The notes beneath the pieces were generated by a model that had not been told where the DNA came from, did not search any database, and worked only from the letters and a program-made list of their open reading frames with translations. 55,023 nucleotides of DNA, from assembly GCA_031365825.1 (NCBI GenBank), contig JANLYV010000162.1, positions 1 to 55,023 on the forward strand, given 5' to 3'. The position numbers and the translations under genes are program-made. Source of the stretch: Rubrivivax sp. Its GTDB lineage: Bacteria; Pseudomonadota; Gammaproteobacteria; Burkholderiales; Burkholderiaceae_C. This document shows, piece after piece, positions 37,154-48,816 of this stretch. Position 1 is the first letter of the stretch. Each line of letters opens with the position of its first letter.

Positions 37154-37828
37154 ATGACGAGCCACACGGCAGACGATCTGGCGCAGGATTTCGTGCGCTT
37201 CTCGGTGGCCAGCGGCGTCCTGCGTTTCGGTGAATTCAAGACCAAGGCCGGGCGAGTTTCACCGTACTTTTTCAACGCCGGCTTGTTCGACGACGGCGCC
37301 AAGCTCGGCACACTCGCCGCATTTTATGCACGCCGCTTGCTGGCCAGCGGCGCGCAGTTCGACATGCTCTTCGGCCCGGCCTACAAGGGCATCACGCTGG
37401 CCGCGGCGGTGGCCATCGAGCTCGCACGGCTGGGCCGCAATGTGCCCTTTGTCTACAACCGCAAAGAGGCCAAAGATCACGGCGAAGGTGGCACGTTGGT
37501 CGGCGCCAAGGTCGCAGGCCGCGTTCTCATCGTCGACGACGTGATCTCGGCCGGCACCTCGGTGCGCGAGTCGCTGGCCATGATCACTGCGGCCGGGGCC
37601 ACACCTTGTGGTGTGGTCATCGCACTCGACCGGCAGGAGAAGGCGGTGCAGGACGGACGCGACATGCCCTGGTCGGCTGCCCAGTACGTCACGACCCAAT
37701 TGCAACTGCAGGTGACATCGATAGCAGGGCTGGATGACTTGTTGCGGTATCTTCGTGTGGGGGGTGACCCCTCGTTGCATGCCCATGCTGGGCCAGTGCA
37801 GACTTATCGCGATCGTTACGGAGTTTGA
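37154..37828 (+). CDS. pyrE: Orotate phosphoribosyltransferase
   Basis: FGEFKTKAGRVSPYFFNAG, FGPAYKGI, NRKEAKDHGEGG, VDDVISAGTS. Confidence 0.97.
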   Translation: MTSHTADDLAQDFVRFSVASGVLRFGEFKTKAGRVSPYFFNAGLFDDGAKLGTLAAFYARRLLASGAQFDMLFGPAYKGITLAAAVAIELARLGRNVPFVYNRKEAKDHGEGGTLVGAKVAGRVLIVDDVISAGTSVRESLAMITAAGATPCGVVIALDRQEKAVQDGRDMPWSAAQYVTTQLQLQVTSIAGLDDLLRYLRVGGDPSLHAHAGPVQTYRDRYGV

Positions 37829-38623
37829 ATGCCGCTGATGGACACCTTGGGCCTCGCTTGCTGCCGCGCCGCCGCCGGCATGTTGCTGGCCTGCTGTGCG
37901 GTGTATGCCGCCGTCGCGCTGCCCGCGCGGGCGGCAGCGGCAGCGCCTGGGGGCACGTCGACGGCGATCTACACCTGCACCGACGACCATGGCCGCAAGC
38001 TCACCTCCGACCGCCCAATTGCCGAGTGCACCGCCAAGGACCAGCGCGTGCTCAACCGCGACGGTTCGTTGCGCGAGGTCAAGCCACCGACCCTCACTGC
38101 CGAAGAGCGCGCCGAGCAGGAGGTGCGTGAGCGCAAGTCCGCCGAGTTGCGCATGACCGCCGCCGAAGCCGTGCGACGCGACCGCACACTGCTGGCGCGT
38201 TACCGCGACGAAGAGGCGCACCGCAAGGCGCGCGCGACCTCGCTCGATACCGTCAAGCTGGCGATGAAAGCGTCAGAGCAGCGGATGCTGCAACTGGCTG
38301 CGGAGCGCCGGCCCCTTCTCGACGAGGCCGAGTTCTACAAGGGCAAGCCGCTGCCTGGAAAGCTGAAGGCCGCGATGGACGCGAACGACGCAGCGCTCGA
38401 CGCGCAGCGCTCGTCGATGGCCAACCAGGAAGCTGAAGTCGGCCGCGTGAACCGCCTGTACGACGTCGAACTTGAGCGGCTGCGCAAGCTCTGGGCAGGG
38501 GCCCGCCCGGGCTCGCTCGGGCCGCTGCGCGGGCCGCAGAGTGCGGCGACGCCGGCGACCGCGGCGATGGCCGACACCGCGGCCGGTACGAGCGCGAAAC
38601 CGTCGCTCGTCGGCACGCGCTGA
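37829..38623 (+). CDS. DUF4124-domain secreted coiled-coil protein
   Basis: Signal peptide, IYTCTDDHGRKLTSDRP..EC, RRDRTLL.RY, coiled coil. Confidence 0.78.
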   Translation: MPLMDTLGLACCRAAAGMLLACCAVYAAVALPARAAAAAPGGTSTAIYTCTDDHGRKLTSDRPIAECTAKDQRVLNRDGSLREVKPPTLTAEERAEQEVRERKSAELRMTAAEAVRRDRTLLARYRDEEAHRKARATSLDTVKLAMKASEQRMLQLAAERRPLLDEAEFYKGKPLPGKLKAAMDANDAALDAQRSSMANQEAEVGRVNRLYDVELERLRKLWAGARPGSLGPLRGPQSAATPATAAMADTAAGTSAKPSLVGTR

Positions 38624-38633
38624 GGGCGCAGCC

Positions 38634-40118
38634 TCAGCCCAGCTTCTTCTTCAGCAGCTTGCTCGCCTGCGCCGGGTTGGCCTTGCCCTGGCTGGCTTTC
38701 ATCACCTGCCCCACCAGCGCGTTGAAGGCCTTGTCCTTGCCGGCGCGAACCTCGTCCACCAGCTTGGGATGGCCGGCGACGACGCCATCGACGATGGCCT
38801 CGAGTGCCGAGCTGTCGCTCATCTGCTTCAGGCCCTTGCCTTCGATCAGCGCGTCGACATCGCCGCCCTGGCCGGTCCACAGTGCGTCGAAGACCTGGCG
38901 TGCGCCGTTGTTGGACACGGTGCCGTCGATGATGCGGCCGATCAGCCCGGCCATCGTCGCGGCACTCACCGGTGCGGCTTCGATCGTGCCGCCGTCGGCG
39001 TTGAGCCGGCGCGAGACTTCACCCATCAGCCAATTCGCGGCGAGTTTGGCGGCCTGCGCCGTGCCCCCGCAGGCGTCGCGTACGGCTTCGTAGTAGCGCG
39101 CCACGCCCAAGCTGCTGGTCATCATCGTCGCGTCATCCGCAGGCAGCGCGTCGTCGCGCTGGAAGCGCTCAGTCATCAGCGCCGGCAGCTCGGGCATGGC
39201 CGCGCGCACGGTCTCGACCCAGTCGCTGGAGATCACCAGCGGCGGCAGGTCGGGGTCGGGAAAATAACGGTAGTCGTGAGCGTCTTCCTTGCTGCGCATG
39301 GCGCGCGTCTCGCCCGTGTCGGGGTTGAAGAGCACGGTCGCCTGCTCGATGCCCAGGCCGTCTTCGATGCGGTCGATCTGCCACTGCACCTCGAAGTCGA
39401 TGGCCTGCTGCAGGAAGCGAAAGCTGTTGAGGTTCTTTACCTCGCGCCGCGTGCCGAGTTCGGCCCCGGGCCGGCGCACCGAGACGTTGGCGTCGCAGCG
39501 GAAGCTGCCCTCTTGCATGTTGCCGTCGCAGATGTCCAGCCACACCACCAGCGCGTGCAGCGCCTTGGCGTACTCCACCGCTTCGGCCGACGAGCGCATG
39601 TCGGGCTCGGAGACGATTTCCAGGAGCGGCGTGCCGGCGCGGTTCAGGTCGATACCGCTTTGGCCATGACCGAGCACCGCGTGCGAGCCCATGCCCTCGT
39701 GTAGCGACTTGCCGGCGTCTTCCTCAAGGTGAGCGCGTGTGAGTTTCACGGCGCGCTTCTTGCCGTCGAGCCTGAACTCGATGCGCCCGCCTTGCACCAC
39801 CGGCGTTTCGTACTGGCTGATCTGGTAGCCCTTGGGCAGGTCGGGGTAGAAGTAGTTCTTGCGCGCGAAGATCGACGGCGACGCCACCTTCGCGCCGACG
39901 GCCAGGCCGAAGCGGATGGCGCGCTCGACGGCGCCGCGGTTCAGCACCGGCAGCGTGCCCGGCAAGGCCAGGTCGACGGCACAAGCCTGCGTGTTCGGCG
40001 CGGCACCAAAGGCAGTGCTGGCGCCACTGAAGATCTTGCTTACGGTGGAGAGTTGCGCGTGGGTCTCGAGGCCGATCACCACCTCGTAGCCGCGAATCAA
40101 CAAGCTGTTGCTGGACAT
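38634..40118 (-). CDS. gatB: Asp/Glu-tRNA amidotransferase subunit B
   Basis: [55 protein letters not shown]. Confidence 0.97.
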   Translation of the reverse strand: MSSNSLLIRGYEVVIGLETHAQLSTVSKIFSGASTAFGAAPNTQACAVDLALPGTLPVLNRGAVERAIRFGLAVGAKVASPSIFARKNYFYPDLPKGYQISQYETPVVQGGRIEFRLDGKKRAVKLTRAHLEEDAGKSLHEGMGSHAVLGHGQSGIDLNRAGTPLLEIVSEPDMRSSAEAVEYAKALHALVVWLDICDGNMQEGSFRCDANVSVRRPGAELGTRREVKNLNSFRFLQQAIDFEVQWQIDRIEDGLGIEQATVLFNPDTGETRAMRSKEDAHDYRYFPDPDLPPLVISSDWVETVRAAMPELPALMTERFQRDDALPADDATMMTSSLGVARYYEAVRDACGGTAQAAKLAANWLMGEVSRRLNADGGTIEAAPVSAATMAGLIGRIIDGTVSNNGARQVFDALWTGQGGDVDALIEGKGLKQMSDSSALEAIVDGVVAGHPKLVDEVRAGKDKAFNALVGQVMKASQGKANPAQASKLLKKKLG

Positions 40119-40122
40119 CGGA

Positions 40123-41621
40123 TCAGACCCCTGCCGGCGCGCGCCGGTGCCAGTCGGTGGCCCGCTGCAGCGCATGCGCGGCGTGCAGCAGCCCGCCTTC
40201 CTGGAAGTAGTTGCCTATGAGCTGCAAGCCCACCGGCATGCCCGCTTCGCCGAAGCCTGCCGGCACGCTCATGCCGGGCAGCCCGGCCAGGCTGGCGGGC
40301 AGCGTGAAGATGTCGGCGAGGTAGGTGGCCACCGGATCGTCGCTCTTGTCGCCGAGCTTCCACGCCACGCTCGGCGCGACCGGGCCGGCAATGACATCGC
40401 AGCGCTGGAAACAAGTCTGGAAGTCGTCGGCAATCATGCGGCGCAGCTTCTGCGCCTGCAGGTAGTAGGCGTCGTAATAACCGTGAGAAAGCACGTAGGT
40501 GCCGATCATGATGCGGCGCTTCACCTCGGGCCCGAAACCCTGCGCGCGGGTCTTGCGATACATGTCCAGCAGGTCGCTGTACTCGGCCGCGCGGTGGCCA
40601 AACTTCACGCCGTCGAAACGGCTCAGGTTGGAGCTCGCTTCGGCCGGCGCGATGATGTAGTACACCGGGATCGAAAGCTCGGTGCGCGGCAGGCTCACGT
40701 CCACCAGCGTGGCGCCGAGTTTTTCGAGCTCAGTCAGCGCCGCGCGCACGGCGCGGTGCACGTCAGCCGCCAGGCCAGTGGGGAAGAACTCGCGCGGCAC
40801 ACCGATACGCAGGCCGGCGAGTGGTTTGGCCGCTGTTGCGCCAGCGCGCGGTGCCAGCATCTGCGCGTGAAAGTCCTGCGGCGGCCGCTCGGCGCTGGTG
40901 GCGTCGCGCACATCGAAGCCGCTCATGGCCGACAGCAGCAGCGCGCAGTCTTCGGCGCTGCGCGCCATCGGGCCGGCCTGGTCCAGGCTCGACGCAAAGG
41001 CCACCATGCCCCAGCGCGAGCACACGCCATAGGTCGGCTTGATGCCGCTGACGCCGCAGAACGACGCCGGCTGGCGGATCGAGCCGCCGGTGTCGGTGCC
41101 GGTGCTCGCCGGCAGCAGCTGCGCCGCCACAGCCGCGGCTGAACCGCCTGACGAACCACCCGGCACACGCGTGGGGTCCCAGGGGTTGCGCACCGGCGCG
41201 TAGGCCGAGTTCTCATTGCTCGAACCCATGGCGAATTCGTCGCAGTTGAGCTTGCCCAGGGTCACCGTGCCGGCCTCGGCCAGACGCGCCACCACCGTGG
41301 CATCGAACGGGCTGGCGTAGCCGTCGAGCATCTTCGAGCCGGCGGTGCTGGGCAGGCCGGTGCGGGCGAAGTCGGTGACGAAGATGTCCTTGTGCGCCAG
41401 CGGCACGCCGTTGAGCGCGCCGCCTTCGCCTTTGGCCGCAAGGGCATCGCAGGCGCGCGCCTGCGCCAGCGCACGCTCGGGTTCCAGCGCGAGGAAGGCA
41501 CCCAGGTCGCCGGCGCCTTCGATGCGTGTAAGCAGGTGCTGCACGAGGTCGACGCTCGACAGTTCCCGTGCACGAACGGCGCGCGCGATGTCGGCCACGC
41601 CCATGGCATGCATGGCCGCGC

Positions 41622-41625
<4 letters not shown>
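40123..41625 (-). CDS. gatA: Asp/Glu-tRNA amidotransferase subunit A
   Basis: [39 protein letters not shown]. Confidence 0.97.
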
Positions 41626-43172
<1,547 letters not shown>

Positions 43173-43213
43173 CGTTGCGCTGCGCCTGAACCTTCTGACA
43201 AATCAGCCGCGCC

Positions 43214-44191
43214 ATGCCGCTGGGCACGCTTGACCGCACGCCGCCCCCGTTCTTTCGCCAGGGGCCGTCGGCCCGCACCAAGCTGATCTTCTTCGCCGCG
43301 CTGGCGCTGTTCCTGATGATCGCCGACACCCGCTTTCGTGTGGCTGTGCCGCTACGCGAAGCGCTGGCCATCGTGTTGATGCCGGTGCAGCGCGCGCTGG
43401 CCGTGCCGGTGCATCTGCTGGGCGTTGGGCGCGAGCATTGGCAGAGCCTGGAGCAGGCGGTGGATGGCGAACGCCGCGCACAACTCACGCTGGCGAAGTT
43501 GTCGGAAAAGGCCACGCGCGCCGACCGCCTGGCGGCCGAGAACCTGCAGCTGCGGGCACTGCTCGACATGCGGCCCTCGCTGCAGGTGCGCAGCCTCGCG
43601 GCCGAGGTCATGTACGAAGCCGCCGACCCCTACTCACGCAAGTTATTTATCGATGTCGGCAAGGCCCAGGGTGTGGTGCTGGGCGCGCCCGTGATCAACC
43701 AGCTGGGGGTGGTGGGGCAGGTGACACGGATCTATGCGCTGTCGAGTGAAGTCACGCTGCTGGCCGACAAGGACGCGGCGATTCCGGTGCTGAACCTGCG
43801 CACACAGCAGCGCAGCGCGGCCTTCGGCGGCATCACCGGGCCGGCCGGCGCCGTGATGGAACTGCGCTTCATGTCGGGCAACGCCGATGTGCAGGTGGGC
43901 GACCTGCTGCAAACGAGCGGGGTCGACGGCGTCTACCCGCCGGGACTGCCCGTGGCCCGCGTGGCCAGCGTCGAGCGCCGCGTCGAGTCGAGCTTCGCGC
44001 GCGTCTGGCTCGCGCCTGCGGCCGCGGCCGACGGCGTGCGCCATGTGCTGGTGCTCGAGCCCACCGGCCTGCAGCTGCCGCCGCGGCCCGAGCCCGAGGC
44101 CCTGCCCAGCGTCAAAGGCGGTCGCGGCAAAGTCGCAGCGGCCTCAGGCGCCTCAGCTGCCTCCGCCGCTTCAAGGGGGGCCAGCCGATGA
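43214..44191 (+). CDS. mreC: Rod shape-determining protein MreC
   Basis: TM, ENLQLRALL, TSGVDGVYPPGLPV; position in the operon. Confidence 0.95.
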   Translation: MPLGTLDRTPPPFFRQGPSARTKLIFFAALALFLMIADTRFRVAVPLREALAIVLMPVQRALAVPVHLLGVGREHWQSLEQAVDGERRAQLTLAKLSEKATRADRLAAENLQLRALLDMRPSLQVRSLAAEVMYEAADPYSRKLFIDVGKAQGVVLGAPVINQLGVVGQVTRIYALSSEVTLLADKDAAIPVLNLRTQQRSAAFGGITGPAGAVMELRFMSGNADVQVGDLLQTSGVDGVYPPGLPVARVASVERRVESSFARVWLAPAAAADGVRHVLVLEPTGLQLPPRPEPEALPSVKGGRGKVAAASGASAASAASRGASR

Positions 44192-44709
44192 TCATGCCGC
44201 GCGGCTCCGACCAGCTGCTCTTGCCGGTCAACCCCTTCTTCATTGCCTTCACCCTGTTGGTGGCGTTGACGGTCGGCCTGATGCCTCTGGGCCGCCTGCC
44301 TGGCGCGCCGGACCTGCTGGCCGTCGTGCTGGTGTTCTGGAACGTGCACCAGCCGCGGCGCGTGGGCATCGGCGTGGCCTTTGTCGCCGGCCTCTTGATG
44401 GACGTGAACGACGGCGCGCTGCTGGGGCAGCACGCGCTGGCCTACACGCTGCTGAGCTACATCGCCATCACCATCCATCGCCGCCTGCTGTGGTTCGGCA
44501 TTGCCGAGCAAGCGTTGCAGATCCTGCCCGTGTTCTTCGCGGCGCACGCCGTGGCGCTGCTGGTGCGGCTCCTGGCCGGCGACATGTTTCCGGGCTGGGT
44601 GATGCTGCTGGCGCCGCTGGGGGAAGGTTTGCTGTGGCCGCTGGTCACACTCTTGTTGCTGGCGCCACAGCGCCGCGCGCCCGACCGGGACGAGAATCGG
44701 CCGCTGTAG
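44188..44709 (+). CDS. mreD: Rod shape-determining protein MreD
   Basis: PD...LVFW...QP, GLLMDV..G.LLGQHAL. Confidence 0.94.
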   Translation: MIMPRGSDQLLLPVNPFFIAFTLLVALTVGLMPLGRLPGAPDLLAVVLVFWNVHQPRRVGIGVAFVAGLLMDVNDGALLGQHALAYTLLSYIAITIHRRLLWFGIAEQALQILPVFFAAHAVALLVRLLAGDMFPGWVMLLAPLGEGLLWPLVTLLLLAPQRRAPDRDENRPL

Positions 44710-44716
44710 ACCCCCC

Positions 44717-46762
44717 ATGACCGAGCTCAAAAACGTCGACCGCCAAATCGGCCAGTTCCGTGGCCGGCTCGCGGCCGCCGCAGCGTTCGTGCTGCTGGCC
44801 TTCGTGCTGCTCGGCGCGAGGCTGGTGCACCTGCAGGTGTTCAGGCACGAAGAGCTGGCGACGCAGGCCGAAGTCAACCGCATCGCCGTGTTGCCGATCG
44901 TGCCCAACCGCGGCCTCATCATCGACCGCCATGGTGTCGTGCTGGCCACCAACTACTCGGCCTACACACTCGAGATCACGCCGGCACGGCTGCGTGGCGG
45001 CGCGGCCGAGCTCGACGCGGTGGTCGACGAACTCGCTGTATTGCTTGAGATCACGCCGCGCGACCGCCGCCGCTTCAAGCGGCTGCTCGACGAGGGCAAG
45101 AACTTCGAGTCGCTGCCGATCCGTACCAAGCTCAGCGAAGAAGAGGTGGCGCGATTCATGGCGCAGCGCTTCCGTTATCCCGGCGTCGACGTCAAGGCGC
45201 GGCTCTTCCGCCAGTACCCGCTGGGTGAGGTCGGCAGCCACCTGCTGGGCTACATCGGCCGCATCAACCAGGCCGAGAAAAAAGACATCGAGGACTGGAG
45301 CGATGAAGAGCAGGGCAACTACAAGGGCACCGAATACATCGGCAAGCTCGGCCTGGAGCAGAGTTACGAGCGTGAACTGCACGGCACCGCGGGCTTCGAG
45401 GAAGTCGAGACCAGCGCCGGCGGCCGCGCCGTGCGCCGCCTGTCCAGCAACCCGGCGACGCCGGGCCATACGCTCCTGCTCTCGATCGACATCCGCCTGC
45501 AGGCGCTGGTGGAAGAGATGTTCGGTGATCGCCGCGGCGCGCTGGTGGCGATCGACCCCCGCTCCGGTGAAGTGTTAGCCTTCGTCAGCAAACCCAGCTT
45601 CGACCCCAATCTCTTCGTCGACGGCATCGACGGCGAGAGCTGGCGCGAACTCAACGAAAGCATCGACAAGCCGCTTTTGAATCGCGCCATCAAAGGCACC
45701 TACCCACCGGGCTCGACCTTCAAGCCCTTCATGGCCATGGCCGCACTGACCAGCGGCAAGCGCTCGCCCTCGACCATCATCCACGACGGCGGCACGTTCC
45801 AGTTCGGCAACCACACTTTCCGCAGTCATGGCGATGGCGGGCTGGGTGCGGTGGACATGGTGCGGTCGATCGTCAAGTCGAGCAACGTCTACTACTACTC
45901 GCTGGCCAACGAGATGGGCGTGGACCTGATGCACGCGCAGCTCTCGCCCTTCGGTTTCGGCCGGCGCACGGGCATCGATCTTGACGGCGAACTCACCGGC
46001 CTTCTGCCGTCCACCGAATGGAAGAAGCGCGCCTACAAGAAGCCCGAGCAGCAGCGCTGGTACGCCGGTGAAACCATCTCGTTGGGCATCGGCCAGGGCT
46101 ACAACAGCTTCACGGCGCTGCAGATGGCCAGCGCCACCGCCACGCTGGTGGCCGGTGGCCAGCGCTTCAAGCCGCGCCTGGTGCGCGAGGTGCAGGACGT
46201 GGTGACCGGTGAACGCAAAAGGCTGGCCAACGACGCGCTGGAGCCGATGACGATGCAGCCCGAGCATGTCGAGCTCATCAAGCGCGCGCTCTACGGCGTG
46301 ACGCAGGAGGGCACCTCGACGCGGGTCTTCATCGGCGCGCCGTACCAGAGTGGCGGCAAGACCGGCACGGCGCAGGCGGTGGGCATCCGTCAGAACGAAA
46401 AATACAACGCCAGCAAGATCGAAGAACACCAGCGTGACCACTCGATCTACATCGCCGCGGCGCCCATCGCCGCGCCGACCATCGCGCTGGCGGTGGTGGT
46501 TGAAAATTCCGGCTTCGGTGCCGAGGCCGCCGCCCCGATCGCGCGGCGCGTGTTCGACTATGTGCTGCTCGGCCAGTACCCGAGCGAGGCCGACATGGCG
46601 GCCACGCGCATCGGTAAGTCGTCGGCACCGATGGGCAAGCCGCGCCGTGCCGAAGACGTGCCCCTGCCGGGACTGGGCGGCAACCTGGCCATGGTGCCTA
46701 TGCCGCAGCGTGTGGCCGCCACACTCACGCTGGCCCCGCCGGCCACGGGCGGGCCACGATGA
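44717..46762 (+). CDS. mrdA: Penicillin-binding protein 2
   Basis: STFK (SxxK), SSN (SxN), KTGTAQ. Confidence 0.96.
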   Translation: MTELKNVDRQIGQFRGRLAAAAAFVLLAFVLLGARLVHLQVFRHEELATQAEVNRIAVLPIVPNRGLIIDRHGVVLATNYSAYTLEITPARLRGGAAELDAVVDELAVLLEITPRDRRRFKRLLDEGKNFESLPIRTKLSEEEVARFMAQRFRYPGVDVKARLFRQYPLGEVGSHLLGYIGRINQAEKKDIEDWSDEEQGNYKGTEYIGKLGLEQSYERELHGTAGFEEVETSAGGRAVRRLSSNPATPGHTLLLSIDIRLQALVEEMFGDRRGALVAIDPRSGEVLAFVSKPSFDPNLFVDGIDGESWRELNESIDKPLLNRAIKGTYPPGSTFKPFMAMAALTSGKRSPSTIIHDGGTFQFGNHTFRSHGDGGLGAVDMVRSIVKSSNVYYYSLANEMGVDLMHAQLSPFGFGRRTGIDLDGELTGLLPSTEWKKRAYKKPEQQRWYAGETISLGIGQGYNSFTALQMASATATLVAGGQRFKPRLVREVQDVVTGERKRLANDALEPMTMQPEHVELIKRALYGVTQEGTSTRVFIGAPYQSGGKTGTAQAVGIRQNEKYNASKIEEHQRDHSIYIAAAPIAAPTIALAVVVENSGFGAEAAAPIARRVFDYVLLGQYPSEADMAATRIGKSSAPMGKPRRAEDVPLPGLGGNLAMVPMPQRVAATLTLAPPATGGPR

Positions 46763-47919
46763 ACGCGGTGTTCGAGCGTGCCACGCCGTGGCAGCGGCTG
46801 CGCCCGGTTTTAATGGGATTCGACGGGCCCTTGATGCTGGCCATCACGCTGCTCGCGGCCATCGGCCTGGCCACGATGTACTCGGCCGGCTTCGACCATG
46901 GCACGCGCTTCGTCGACCATGGCCGCAACATGCTCATCGCGCTGGCGGTGTTGTTCGTCGTGGCGCAGGTGCCGCCGCACAAGCTGCAGCGACTGGCGGT
47001 GCCGCTGTACATCGCCGGCATCGTGCTGTTGCTGGTCACGGCCCTGCCCGGCATGGGCATCACGAAGAAGGGCGCGACGCGCTGGCTCAATATCGGCATC
47101 GTCATCCAGCCCAGCGAAGTGCTGAAGATGGCCGTGCCCCTGGTGCTGGCCTGGTGGTTCCAGAAGCGCGAAGGCCAGCTGCGTTTGCCCGACTTCCTGG
47201 TGGCCATGGCACTGCTGGCGCTGCCGGTGGGCATCGTCGTCAAGCAGCCCGATCTCGGCACGGCGCTGCTGATCCTCTTCGGCGGCTTGTACGTCATCTT
47301 TTTCGCCGGTCTGTCGTGGCGCCTGGTGCTGCCGGTGCTGCTGCTGGCGGCCGTAGGCGTGGTGGCGCTCATCGTCGCCGAAGAAACCATCTGCGAGGCC
47401 GGCGTGCAATGGCCCTTCCTGCGCGACTACCAGCGCCACCGCGTATGTACCTTGTTGGACCCCACGAAAGACCCGCTGGGCAAGGGCTTCCACATCATCC
47501 AGGGCATGATCGCCATCGGCTCGGGCGGCCTGTCGGGCAAGGGCTTCATGCAGGGCACGCAGACGCACCTGGAATTCATCCCCGAGCGCACCACCGACTT
47601 CATCTTCGCCGCGTTTTGCGAAGAGTTCGGCCTGGCCGGCGTGGTGACCCTGCTCTTCGCCTTCACCTTCCTCATCTTCCGCGGCTTGATGATCGCGGCC
47701 GAGGCGCCGACGGTCTTCACGCGGCTGCTGGCAGGCGCGATGACGATGTCGGTCTTCACCTACGCCTTCGTCAACATGGGCATGGTCAGTGGCATCCTGC
47801 CGGTGGTGGGTGTGCCGCTGCCCTTCGTCAGCTACGGCGGCACGGCCATGGTCTCGCTCGGCCTGGGCCTGGGCATCCTGATGTCGGTGGCGCGCAGCCG
47901 GCGTCTGATGCCGTCCTGA
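46759..47919 (+). CDS. rodA: Rod shape-determining protein RodA (SEDS)
   Basis: RW, QPSE, QPDLGT, AIGSGG, PERTTDFIF, GVPLPFVSYGG. Confidence 0.96.
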   Translation: MNAVFERATPWQRLRPVLMGFDGPLMLAITLLAAIGLATMYSAGFDHGTRFVDHGRNMLIALAVLFVVAQVPPHKLQRLAVPLYIAGIVLLLVTALPGMGITKKGATRWLNIGIVIQPSEVLKMAVPLVLAWWFQKREGQLRLPDFLVAMALLALPVGIVVKQPDLGTALLILFGGLYVIFFAGLSWRLVLPVLLLAAVGVVALIVAEETICEAGVQWPFLRDYQRHRVCTLLDPTKDPLGKGFHIIQGMIAIGSGGLSGKGFMQGTQTHLEFIPERTTDFIFAAFCEEFGLAGVVTLLFAFTFLIFRGLMIAAEAPTVFTRLLAGAMTMSVFTYAFVNMGMVSGILPVVGVPLPFVSYGGTAMVSLGLGLGILMSVARSRRLMPS

Positions 47920-47937
47920 TGCCGTCTTGAAGCGCGC

Positions 47938-48798
47938 ATGAAGCTTGGCGTGGTCGGCATCGGCCTGATGGGCCTGCCCATCGCGCAACGCCTGTGCGAG
48001 CTCGGCCATGAAGTGCATGTGCGCGACATCGATCGCGCGCGCGAAGCACTCGCCGGCGGCTGCGTGATCGAGCCCAGCGCCGCGAGCGTCGGCGCGAGCA
48101 GCGATCTTGTGTTCGTGGTGGTGGTCGATGCGGCCCAGACCCGGGCCGCGTTGACGCGAGCCGACGGCCTGCTGCACGCGCGGCCGCTGCCGCAGGCGGT
48201 GGTGCTGTGCCCCACCATGGCCGCGGCCGACACCGAAGCTCTGGCCGCGATGCTCGCCGCGCGTGGCGTGGAATGCGTCGACGCGCCGATGTCGGGCGGC
48301 CCGCAGCGTGCGCGCGAAGGCCGCATGAGCCTGATGGTGGCCTGCGCCGACGCCGTTTTCCAACGCTGGCGGCCGCTGCTGGAGCAGATCGCCAGCCCCG
48401 TGCATCGCGTGGGCACACGCGTCGGCGACGGCGCGCGCACCAAGCTCGTGAACAACCTGCTGGCGGCCATCAACCTGGCCGGGGCCTGCGAGATGATGGC
48501 GTTGGCTCAGCGCCTCGGCCTGGACCCGGCGGTGACCTTGCGCGTGATCGAACAATCGAGCGGCCAGAGCTGGATAGCCAGCGACCGGCTGCAGCGTGCG
48601 CTGGCCGACGACGAGGCGCCGCGCGCACGCATGACGCTGTTGGCCAAGGACAGCGCGCTGGCCTTGGCGCAGGCACGCGCGGTCGACTTCACGACCCCGT
48701 TGGGCGACGCCGCCGCGGCCACCTTCGCCGCGGCCGTGCAGGCCGGGCTAGGCGCCGAAGACGACGCCGCGCTGTGGCGTTTCATCGCGTCACGTTGA
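47938..48798 (+). CDS. NAD(P)-dependent beta-hydroxyacid dehydrogenase family protein
   Basis: GIGLMG, DAPMSGG, KLVNNL, KD. Confidence 0.88.
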   Translation: MKLGVVGIGLMGLPIAQRLCELGHEVHVRDIDRAREALAGGCVIEPSAASVGASSDLVFVVVVDAAQTRAALTRADGLLHARPLPQAVVLCPTMAAADTEALAAMLAARGVECVDAPMSGGPQRAREGRMSLMVACADAVFQRWRPLLEQIASPVHRVGTRVGDGARTKLVNNLLAAINLAGACEMMALAQRLGLDPAVTLRVIEQSSGQSWIASDRLQRALADDEAPRARMTLLAKDSALALAQARAVDFTTPLGDAAAATFAAAVQAGLGAEDDAALWRFIASR

Positions 48799-48816
48799 GC
48801 GTGGTGTGAGCGCGCT

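Noticed and set aside
37690-37828. Lower-GC, atypical codon patch at the pyrE 3' end (similar patch in glcF near 13200-13340)
   Set aside because: Reading frames are intact, with no direct repeats or integrase; more simply explained by an internal promoter or local drift.
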